The notes under the pieces: generated by a model
What the model was told of the DNA's origin: nothing
The model's input: the letters and a program-made list of their open reading frames with translations, nothing else
The model's database searches: none
Program-made: the position numbers and the translations under genes
Shown: positions 1-7,172 of the stretch, piece after piece
Position numbering within the stretch: the stretch's first letter is position 1
Layout of the letters: each line of letters opens with the position of its first letter
Assembly: GCA_964508365.1 (NCBI GenBank)
Contig: CAZDTP010000066.1
Location: 1-18,444, forward strand
Length of the DNA stretch: 18,444 bases
Source of the DNA: an uncultured archaeon
GTDB taxonomy: Archaea > Asgardarchaeota > Lokiarchaeia > Sigyniarchaeales > SOKP01
Reading direction: 5' to 3'

Positions 1-281
1 TGGCGACAGGAGTCATCTTTTCTAAAAGAAAGAAGTTTAATTTTGGAAATACAATTTATTTTAAAAATTTCATCAAGAATAACCTTTTTTCGTTAAGGAT
101 TAGAATTATGATTATTAATTATATGCCTATAATATCCCTATTTATATATTTCAGATAATCTAGACCTTATTACATAAAAGATGTATTTATACTATGTTAT
201 ACAGCAATTTTATCCACAAAACTAAACTCACCTTTAAAATAAAAAGATATATATTGCCAATTATGGTATTTTTAATTAATT

Positions 282-746
282 ATGTCTCGATCCTATAAAG
301 ATTTTCTAGACAAATACAAAATCGACGACTTTAAAACGAATCTAAAGCTAAGCGGAAGCACAAAAATAGATTTTTATAACGATATTGATAAATTATTGAA
401 AACGATGAGTACAATATTTGATAAACTCGCAATGATTTCACCTATGAGAGGAGCGCAAGTACTATTGGCTGTTGCAAAATTAACAGGTCCAGATAATGTC
501 GTAAACAAGACGGATATTATGAGATGTTTAAATATTGATAGATTAGAGAAGATCCTATCAGCAATTGATTACTTAGAGAATGCGAAGTATATTACGATTG
601 AGAAAAAAACAGAAAAGTTCCATATTATAAAGTTAAACGAAGAAGATAACCCAGATTTAACAATCTTTAGGGAAATCGTTCAAAAATACTGGAAATCACC
701 TCAAGAAGAAATTGAACAGACAAAAAAATGGAGGGATGAAAAATGA
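282..746 (+). CDS. Hypothetical winged helix-turn-helix protein (154 aa), probable DNA-binding protein
   Basis: The segment GAQVLLAVAKL..VNKTDIMRCLNIDRLEKILSAIDYLENAKYITIEKKTEKFHIIKL has a helix-helix-helix-beta-hairpin pattern typical of wHTH domains. Its stop overlaps the next start (ATGA, 743-746). Confidence 0.6.
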   Translation: MSRSYKDFLDKYKIDDFKTNLKLSGSTKIDFYNDIDKLLKTMSTIFDKLAMISPMRGAQVLLAVAKLTGPDNVVNKTDIMRCLNIDRLEKILSAIDYLENAKYITIEKKTEKFHIIKLNEEDNPDLTIFREIVQKYWKSPQEEIEQTKKWRDEK

Positions 747-1744
747 GAAATTCGCTGAAAACAATAACAGAATTAAATTTTGAAAACGAAAAAGATCTAA
801 AAGAGTCAGCTCAAATAATAAAATCAGAGTATTATAAGAAAGCCCTTAAGTCAAGTTTATATATTGCTATAGTTTTAATAGTTGCGTTTAGTTATCTCGT
901 GTTTGGTTATTTACCTTACTTGGATAACACTTCTTTCCCATATTTTCTCGTCACTGAAAGTTCCGCTCTTGTAAGTAGTGGATTTTCTTTAGACTTAACT
1001 TTGGGATGGAGTTTCTTTAGTACTTCAACCTTCTTGATAATTTATTTCATACGATTAATCCATATCAAATTTACGCCCTCGTTGATTAGGTTTATTGAGA
1101 AAGAGACTAAATATGCAGGTTTTGAATTTAAAAGAATATTTGATAGTATAGGATTATTTGTAATCTTGAATGCTATGTCTATCTCTTTACTTTTTTACCT
1201 AGAGAGCAATCTTATCAGATTTGATAATAGTCCTTGGAGCAATGTATTTAAACACTTTCTTTTAATTTACTTATTAACTAGTCTAATCATACCTATTGTA
1301 TGGGTTTTTAGAAACGATAAATTCGTTATCAAATTAAAGAATAATGTTTTTGTTCAATGCGATTTGTACTATAATATCAAGAAGAATAAGAACTACGACT
1401 CAAATTTAATTGGTATTATTTTAACATCAAACCGATTATGCTCGAAATTTGATAGATCTGGAAAATTTATATATTCAAAAATATCAGAAGGTAGATGGTT
1501 AGTAAGGAATGAATCTTCAGCGATATCGCCATACCTCCATTTTGAAGAATATTCTGTTCCGTTCAATTTCCAAAAACAGTTTTTAAATATCGTATTAGCC
1601 TTAAATGAGTGGGAAAACAATTACGCGTCAAATCTCGATTCCCTTAACTATTATTTCTCAAAAAATCTTTATGGCTATAATTACAGAACTAAAAAACCCA
1701 ATGATAAAAACGAATTAATTTACTTTAAATTTCTAAACATTTAA
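743..1744 (+). CDS. Hypothetical membrane protein (333 aa), about 4 TM helices plus a C-terminal soluble domain of about 140 aa
   Basis: Long ORF with four hydrophobic stretches (LYIAIVLIVAFSYLVFGYL, LGWSFFSTSTFLIIYFI, IGLFVILNAMSISLLFYL, FLLIYLLTSLIIPIVWVF). ATGA overlap with the upstream gene. Confidence 0.75.
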   Translation: MRNSLKTITELNFENEKDLKESAQIIKSEYYKKALKSSLYIAIVLIVAFSYLVFGYLPYLDNTSFPYFLVTESSALVSSGFSLDLTLGWSFFSTSTFLIIYFIRLIHIKFTPSLIRFIEKETKYAGFEFKRIFDSIGLFVILNAMSISLLFYLESNLIRFDNSPWSNVFKHFLLIYLLTSLIIPIVWVFRNDKFVIKLKNNVFVQCDLYYNIKKNKNYDSNLIGIILTSNRLCSKFDRSGKFIYSKISEGRWLVRNESSAISPYLHFEEYSVPFNFQKQFLNIVLALNEWENNYASNLDSLNYYFSKNLYGYNYRTKKPNDKNELIYFKFLNI

Positions 1745-1832
1745 AAATACATTACGCTCTTTTTCTTAAAGAAATAGATGATGCATAATTCATATAGGAG
1801 CTTTAATATCAAAAATAGGAATTTAGAAGGAT

Positions 1833-2483
1833 TTAAATAAAATATTTTTGCTGAAGCATAATATATTCGTTATGGTCAGTAAATTCCTCTTCGACAAGGT
1901 TAGAAACAATATCGTACAACTGTCGAAATAGTTCTTCAGGGAATGCTTTGTGCTCAAAAACTATATCGCTTACTAATTCTTCTGTTAATATTTGGGAATT
2001 GATCGATTTGTCATACAGTAAGAATTTCATCATAGCAGCGTCTATTTTCGATTTTACAATTTTCTTTATGATTTCTAAACTTAAATCTCGCTCTGGATCA
2101 ATAAAGTATGGGAAATTCATATCATCTAAAATTTTAACATATCCAAAACGAGAAGTTATTTTGTCAACGCAATATTCTAGCGAGCTAATTTCTAAACTAA
2201 ACTTTTTACAGAAATCTTTTTTACTTTCGTGAGCAGGAAACGCAAAGGGATGCCTTTTTACAATATAATACGCAGCAATGAAAAACTTGTAAAGATTATG
2301 CGGAATTTTACTATTAACTCTCAAATACCTATATACTAACGAAACAGTATCTAAAACAAAATCTTTATCTATGTCAAATTGAGTTAAAAAATCTTCTCCA
2401 TCTTTAATTAGATCGATTGTGATCCGATCTTTAGTATTTAAAACTTCGAGTTCAGGGGAATATAATTCTAACATTTCACACAC
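1833..2483 (-). CDS. Hypothetical protein with a predicted single TFB/TFIIB cyclin-fold repeat (GTG start at 2483 or ATG at 2474)
   Basis: Clean 216-aa ORF. Residues about 19-116 can be aligned by eye to an archaeal TFB core repeat as I recall it (IAAYYIVKR vs AACVYAACR). No N-terminal Zn ribbon. The CDS is likely; the fold call is inference. Confidence 0.65.
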   Translation of the reverse strand: MCEMLELYSPELEVLNTKDRITIDLIKDGEDFLTQFDIDKDFVLDTVSLVYRYLRVNSKIPHNLYKFFIAAYYIVKRHPFAFPAHESKKDFCKKFSLEISSLEYCVDKITSRFGYVKILDDMNFPYFIDPERDLSLEIIKKIVKSKIDAAMMKFLLYDKSINSQILTEELVSDIVFEHKAFPEELFRQLYDIVSNLVEEEFTDHNEYIMLQQKYFI

Positions 2484-2558
2484 GCAACCTTAACTTTTAT
2501 GTTTTTTTCAAAGAAATATCGATATACCACTTTGATAATATATGAATAACATTAATAT

Positions 2559-2617
2559 TATATAAATGTGATGCAGTGCAGTTGCAGATCATGTGCTGGA
2601 AAGCAATTATTTAAATA
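2559..2617. promoter_or_regulatory. Divergent promoter region: TATA-like boxes on both strands flanking a TGCAG-repeat element
   Basis: TTTATATA on the minus strand (2566-2559). TTTAAATA on the plus strand (2610-2617), preceded by purine-rich GGAAAGCAA. TGCAG occurs at 2572, 2577 and 2583 between them. Confidence 0.45.
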
Positions 2618-2674
2618 GTACTTTTTTTTATTTTAATTTAGTTAAAATAATTTTGTCGAAATTAGTCGTAAAAA

Positions 2675-3121
2675 ATGTCATCTACTCCTAATAAAGAATT
2701 GGAAAAAGAAAGGAGAAAACCAAAGTTACCAAGAACTACAGTTAGTCTTGATAAATTTGACGACTCAATTATCGAAAAATTAGTAGGGTATGAAGGTCAA
2801 AATAAATCAGAAGTAATAAGAAGTATAGTTAAAAAATGGATTGGGGAAAACGCTGATACGATTCAGAGCGTCTATGGAATAATTTTCGGAGATGTAAGAA
2901 GAGAAATAAATCTCATTGATGATAAAGAAGAATTAGAAGAAAAGATTGATAAATTACCTCAATTTTTCAAGCGGATCAATAAAATCGAGATAGATCGTTT
3001 AGCTGGACAGTTGGATATTAACTCCTCTGTCTTAATCAATTTAATTCTAGAAAAAGGAGATAAATTAGAAGAAAAAGGATTAAATCTTCTTATTGATGGC
3101 GTTTATATATTAAAAAGCTAG
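2675..3121 (+). CDS. Ribbon-helix-helix (CopG/NikR-like) protein with a C-terminal winged-helix/PCI-like domain (148 aa)
   Basis: RTTVSLDKFDDSIIEKLVGYEGQNKSEVIRSIVKKWI fits the RHH pattern (beta strand with alternating hydrophobics, helix, G-x-x-K/R-S-E-x-I-R). The C-terminal INKIEIDRLAGQLDINSSVLINLIL...LIDGVYI resembles the PCI-type winged helix. Confidence 0.7.
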   Translation: MSSTPNKELEKERRKPKLPRTTVSLDKFDDSIIEKLVGYEGQNKSEVIRSIVKKWIGENADTIQSVYGIIFGDVRREINLIDDKEELEEKIDKLPQFFKRINKIEIDRLAGQLDINSSVLINLILEKGDKLEEKGLNLLIDGVYILKS

Positions 3122-3145
3122 AATCTAAAGAAAAACTGAATACAC

Positions 3146-3322
3146 ATGATAAAAATTAAAGAATTTATTGAGAATCCCGAAAATAAGAAAAAATTATTTG
3201 ATATATATTCTGGTGAAGAAACTATACGATTTAATAACCGACATCCTACGTATAAATCTTTAATGAAAATCGAATTTGAAGAAGTTCTTCGAAAATATCA
3301 TAAATTATTTTTAATTGAATGA
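3146..3322 (+). CDS. Small hypothetical protein (58 aa), not in the ORF track
   Basis: ATG at 3146 to TGA at 3320-3322: MIKIKEFIENPENKKKLFDIYSGEETIRFNNRHPTYKSLMKIEFEEVLRKYHKLFLIE. It fills the gap between two co-oriented genes and has protein-like composition. Confidence 0.5.
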   Translation: MIKIKEFIENPENKKKLFDIYSGEETIRFNNRHPTYKSLMKIEFEEVLRKYHKLFLIE

Positions 3323-3339
3323 AAAAAAACGAATAGAGC

Positions 3340-3564
3340 GTGTTTACGATGGCCATTGAGAAAGTTAGAGAAGCAATTCGGCTAAGATTAGAAGAATTAC
3401 ACGAAGTAGAGATAGAATTTCAAGATATTTTGTCTCAAATCGTAATTCCATTCTCAGAAATCTTTACATCATCAAGATCTTCTAAATTAATTTCAAAAAA
3501 TAACGATATACTCTTTAGTAAATGGGAAAAGAAATATAAAGAAATACTGCTGAAGGAATTGTAA
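3340..3564 (+). CDS. Small helical hypothetical protein (74 aa; ATG at 3349 is the more likely start)
   Basis: ORF track. Amphipathic E/K/L/I-rich composition. Followed by a T-rich tract. Confidence 0.55.
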   Translation: MFTMAIEKVREAIRLRLEELHEVEIEFQDILSQIVIPFSEIFTSSRSSKLISKNNDILFSKWEKKYKEILLKEL

Positions 3565-3675
3565 TAACTACGAACTAAGCGATTTCGCTATAATATCTAA
3601 ATTCTTTTTTATCAAATCTAAAAATATAAAAATCCATCTTTTACATATTACTTAATATTGATTAATTAATTTTAG

Positions 3676-4059
3676 TTGAAACCTTTGGCAGAAGAAGAAG
3701 AAGAAGAAGAAGAAGATGGGTTTGCATTAGGTCCGGAGGAATTAAACATATTCTACGAGGTCCTTTTTAGAAGAATTATGGATATAATGGAAAATCCTAA
3801 TGTTAATGTTAATCCTTTCGAGGATATGGTAAAAATTTTAAGCCGGTTAAGCGAAATATTTAGTTTCAAAAGCATGATAACAATCATTCCTGAATTAATA
3901 GGTTATGCTATAAAGTACGGTATGATGGTAGAAAAAGCTTACGATGAAGAAGTAGCAAACTTAGAAGAAGACGAACAGGGTTTTGGTCCAGAAGAGGAAA
4001 AAGAAAAGAAAAGATCGGTAATTAAGAAAGATATAGACAAGCTTAACATGTTTTTATGA
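3676..4059 (+). CDS. Acidic hypothetical protein (127 aa; TTG start at 3676 or 3685)
   Basis: N-terminal poly-Glu, helical hydrophobic core and a second acidic patch. Followed by a poly-T tract. Confidence 0.7.
   Translation: MKPLAEEEEEEEEDGFALGPEELNIFYEVLFRRIMDIMENPNVNVNPFEDMVKILSRLSEIFSFKSMITIIPELIGYAIKYGMMVEKAYDEEVANLEEDEQGFGPEEEKEKKRSVIKKDIDKLNMFL
3691..3714 (+). repeat. (GAA)8 trinucleotide microsatellite encoding Glu8
   Basis: Read directly from the sequence. Confidence 0.9.
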
Positions 4060-4090
4060 TTAATCTTTATTTTTTTATAATTTTTTGAAT
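4060..4090 (+). terminator. Putative archaeal oligo-T terminator between convergent genes
   Basis: TCTTTATTTTTTTATAATTTTTTG immediately after the stop codon. Confidence 0.4.
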
Positions 4091-4120
4091 TGATGTAAAT
4101 TATTTAGCTAGTTATCAAAC

Positions 4121-5302
4121 TTATTCCGATTGATCTGATAATCTCTGCTCAATTATTTTAAGTATGATATAGGCGAGAAACCCTACAAGAAATCCAAGAG
4201 TAATATTAAAAATGAAGCAGAAGATTGCTGAAATAAGGATTATCGGAAGATTCTTACTTTTAAAGTCTTTAAATGATATTTTCCCCAATAAGAAAGCGGT
4301 GTAAAGCAACATTGCCCCTAAAATGGCTTTAGGGAAATTGTTAAACAATAAAAATAATGTTTCAGAAAAGAATAATCCGAGTAAAAGTTCCATTATACCT
4401 TCTAAAATCATCGAGCCACCAGTTCTAGCACCAAAAGCATATTGCGCTGCTAATCCGCCAGATCCGTGGCATAAAGGGATACCTCCTAAAAAAGGACTAA
4501 TTAAATTCATTATCCCCATATTAACTGCTAACTCGCTGGCTGTTATAGCATTTTCTTTTTCAGGAAATAAATCTTTAATAAGACTTACAGTAGCAATCAT
4601 AACATTTGTAAGCGTTAATAATAACTGTGCGATCCCAGCTATTATCATACCAACTAAAATCTCATCCCATTGAGGAACATAGAAATCAAATTGTGGTAGT
4701 CCAAATTGGATGTTTGACAATGTGATTGATTGATTTAAAAAAAGTAGGACTATACCGAGAGCGACCAAAATAATAGATGAGGGCATCCATTTAAATCTTA
4801 AAATTAAAATTATAATAAAAACAGATATAATCCCAAGAAATATATTGGATATCAGTAATAGATAAGCAGTCCACCCTAAAATTAACCCTAACCCTAGCTG
4901 AATTCCTCGAACCAAAACAACAGGGACCTTTCTCACTATTTTTTCTAGGAATTTTGTTAACCCCAATATCGTCCATATAATACCCGTGCCAAATCCCGTT
5001 GATATAACTAAACCAGGATTCCAAGCTTGAGATATTGCTATCGTACCAATTGTTTTCTGTGGTTGGACAGGCAACGGTAGGTTAAATCTGATTCCTAATA
5101 TGATATTGGTAAAACCTAGGCAGAGAAACACACCTGCGGGATTTAAACCTACAATCGAGATGTAACCAATAATAAAAGGAATTAAAGTTCCCCAATCTCC
5201 CAGAGCTCCAGCAAATTCACTTAATGAAAATTTAGTTGGATAGCTCCTCCGGATCGGTTGTTTTTTAGTTTTTATAGTTCTTGTACTTTTCTTAATGTTC
5301 AT
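4121..5302 (-). CDS. MOT1-family molybdate (or sulfate) anion transporter
   Basis: Motifs EFAGALGDWGTLIP, PLPVQPQKTIG and PLCHGSGGLAAQYAFGARTGG match the two MOT1 signature regions (GDLGT..P.PVQPMK and P.CHG.GGLA.QY.FG.R.G). Many TM helices. Confidence 0.85.
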   Translation of the reverse strand: MNIKKSTRTIKTKKQPIRRSYPTKFSLSEFAGALGDWGTLIPFIIGYISIVGLNPAGVFLCLGFTNIILGIRFNLPLPVQPQKTIGTIAISQAWNPGLVISTGFGTGIIWTILGLTKFLEKIVRKVPVVLVRGIQLGLGLILGWTAYLLLISNIFLGIISVFIIILILRFKWMPSSIILVALGIVLLFLNQSITLSNIQFGLPQFDFYVPQWDEILVGMIIAGIAQLLLTLTNVMIATVSLIKDLFPEKENAITASELAVNMGIMNLISPFLGGIPLCHGSGGLAAQYAFGARTGGSMILEGIMELLLGLFFSETLFLLFNNFPKAILGAMLLYTAFLLGKISFKDFKSKNLPIILISAIFCFIFNITLGFLVGFLAYIILKIIEQRLSDQSE

Positions 5303-5436
5303 CAGATTTTCTTTAATATATTAAACCTAAGTATACCATATTTTTGATAAAATTTATTATTAAATGTAGCCTAAAAGAATATTAAAACTTAGTAAAATTT
5401 TAAAAGACTATTAATAATTTATAAACTAAGAAATTA

Positions 5437-6339
5437 GTGATATTTACCATGAATGAATTAAAATCTGAAGGTATTCCTTTCTATATTGTTGATGTATTCG
5501 CAGAAGGAAAATACTCTGGCAACCAACTCGCCGTCGTAATAAGTAGAAATAAGCTTAACGGCGAAGAGATGCAACGTATAGCAAAAGAAATGAATTATTC
5601 TGAAACCACCTTTATTACTTCCGTTGAGAATTACGATGTTAGAATCTTTACTCCTGAAGTAGAGTTACCTTTTGCAGGACATCCTTTAATTGGAACAGCT
5701 TACATATTTCAGCAAGAATTCATGAGAGAAAAAGCTAAAACCATGGCACTAAACTTAAAAATTGGCCATATTGCAATTTTATTCAAATATAAAGGTGAAA
5801 TACTTTCAGAAACATGGATGGAACATAAACAACCAACATTCAGCGGATTTTTAGCGCCTGACGTGATAGCCGATGTTCTAGGTATAGACGAAAACGATAT
5901 CGATGATAGATTTAAAATTCAAGAGGTTTCCACTGGTATTCCTACTATCATTGTGCCTTTAAAATCCTTAAATATCGTAAAAAAAGTGTCTATAAATAAT
6001 GAAAAGTATACACATCTAATTCAAAATACCCAAGCTAAAACCATATTAGTCTTTTGTCCTGAAACCTACGATAAAAGAAACGATTTAAATGTGCGATTTT
6101 TTGCTAATTACTATGGCGTACCAGAAGATCCCGCAACTGGTTCTGCAAATGGTTGTTTAGCGGCTTACTTGGTGAAGTATGATTATTTTGGTAAAAAAAA
6201 CATTGAGATTCGAGTTGAGCAAGGCTATGAAATTGGGAGGAAATCTCTACTTCTTTTAAAGGCTGAAGAAAAAGCCGGTAAATTCTATATCACTGTTGGT
6301 GGTAAGGTTATACTAGTAGCTAAAGGAACATTGCTCTAA
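5437..6339 (+). CDS. PhzF-family (DAP epimerase-like) isomerase/epimerase; ATG at 5450 region (MNELK) may be the true start
   Basis: VDVF..GNQLAV, EMNYSETTF (catalytic Glu), RIFTPEVELPFAGHP, EDPATGSA and EQG..GRKS are the canonical PhzF motifs. Confidence 0.92.
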   Translation: MIFTMNELKSEGIPFYIVDVFAEGKYSGNQLAVVISRNKLNGEEMQRIAKEMNYSETTFITSVENYDVRIFTPEVELPFAGHPLIGTAYIFQQEFMREKAKTMALNLKIGHIAILFKYKGEILSETWMEHKQPTFSGFLAPDVIADVLGIDENDIDDRFKIQEVSTGIPTIIVPLKSLNIVKKVSINNEKYTHLIQNTQAKTILVFCPETYDKRNDLNVRFFANYYGVPEDPATGSANGCLAAYLVKYDYFGKKNIEIRVEQGYEIGRKSLLLLKAEEKAGKFYITVGGKVILVAKGTLL

Positions 6340-6423
6340 TACTAAAATGCCCAACATCCGGTAAGTCAATTAACCAATAAATTAGAAAAAAACTATTTCT
6401 TTTAATATTTTAGTTTAAAATTA

Positions 6424-6768
6424 TTGATAAATTGTTTTATCGTATTAGCATTGGAAATAAAGATTTTTGATAATTGGAGAAAAGATCATCAGATTATTCT
6501 CGAGAAAATCATTACTTTAGCGGATTTTCCTGACAATGGAGATATCCAGAAAAAAAAATTCTCACTATTGACGGAACTATTCTTAAAACTTTGTTCAGTT
6601 AAGAATAACAAAGGCAATTTTAGAAACTTTTCAAGCTTAATTTTACTCCTTCTCAACTTATACAAAAAGAATTATCCTATTGATATTTTTACCAAAGAAA
6701 AGAACCGAAATCTTGAAACTGAGAAAGAATTTTCAGAATTAAATCGCCTCTTAAAACAAGAATTGTAA
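6424..6768 (+). CDS. Hypothetical helical protein (up to 114 aa; start uncertain)
   Basis: ORF track. Fills the gap in the same orientation as its neighbours. No recognisable motif. Confidence 0.55.
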   Translation: MINCFIVLALEIKIFDNWRKDHQIILEKIITLADFPDNGDIQKKKFSLLTELFLKLCSVKNNKGNFRNFSSLILLLLNLYKKNYPIDIFTKEKNRNLETEKEFSELNRLLKQEL

Positions 6769-6891
6769 AGCACTGACCCAATACATTGATTCACAATAAA
6801 CCAAAAGACCATCAAATCACTAATTTAGTTGAGTCTATTTGCTTAAAATTTAATAAGGATATAATGAGATAAAAAGAAGAGAGATTATATA

Positions 6892-7092
6892 ATGAGTTCT
6901 AAAATATCTGATCGGAAATTTCATAACAACTACTTCATACTTGAATTAGAGTTATCCGATACCATCGTTTCGTTTAAAGAATTGCTCGGTTATATTGGAG
7001 CAGAATATATCTACACTGGAAAAGAAGAAATACCTTTTCAAGAAAAAGATATCGAATTTCAGAAGATAATGTTAAGTGAATTCATTGCTTAA
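6892..7092 (+). CDS. Small hypothetical protein (66 aa)
   Basis: ATG start with a purine-rich upstream sequence (AAGAAGAGAG), followed by T-rich and A-rich tracts. Confidence 0.55.
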   Translation: MSSKISDRKFHNNYFILELELSDTIVSFKELLGYIGAEYIYTGKEEIPFQEKDIEFQKIMLSEFIA

Positions 7093-7172
7093 ATCTTTTT
7101 TATCTAAAGTTTTTTAAAAAGAAAAAAAGAGTTAGAGAATTTTAAATCCTCTTTGAAAAACCTAACTTGAAT

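Noticed and set aside
1-16. Possible start of a minus-strand gene (ATG ACT CCT GTC GCC, MTPVA) running off the left edge
   Set aside because: Only five codons are visible, which cannot support a call.
210-218. Perfect bacterial DnaA box TTATCCACA
   Set aside because: It is a single copy in archaeal-looking DNA, with no cluster and no adjacent dnaA or orc1/cdc6. It is plausible by chance.
1393-2232. Track ORFs 1393-1620(-) and 1948-2232(+)
   Set aside because: Antisense shadows fully inside longer, better-supported genes.
2571-2618. Cys-rich micro-ORF MQCSCRSCAGKQLFK
   Set aside because: Only 15 codons. The Cys pattern is a by-product of the TGCAG repeats, and the ORF overlaps the predicted promoter elements.
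3578-3589. Small hairpin AGCGA-TT-TCGCT after the 3564 stop
   Set aside because: A 5-bp stem with a 2-nt loop is too weak to call.
4323-5024. Track ORFs 4323-4673(+) and 4791-5024(-)
   Set aside because: Antisense or alternate-frame shadows of the MOT1 transporter.
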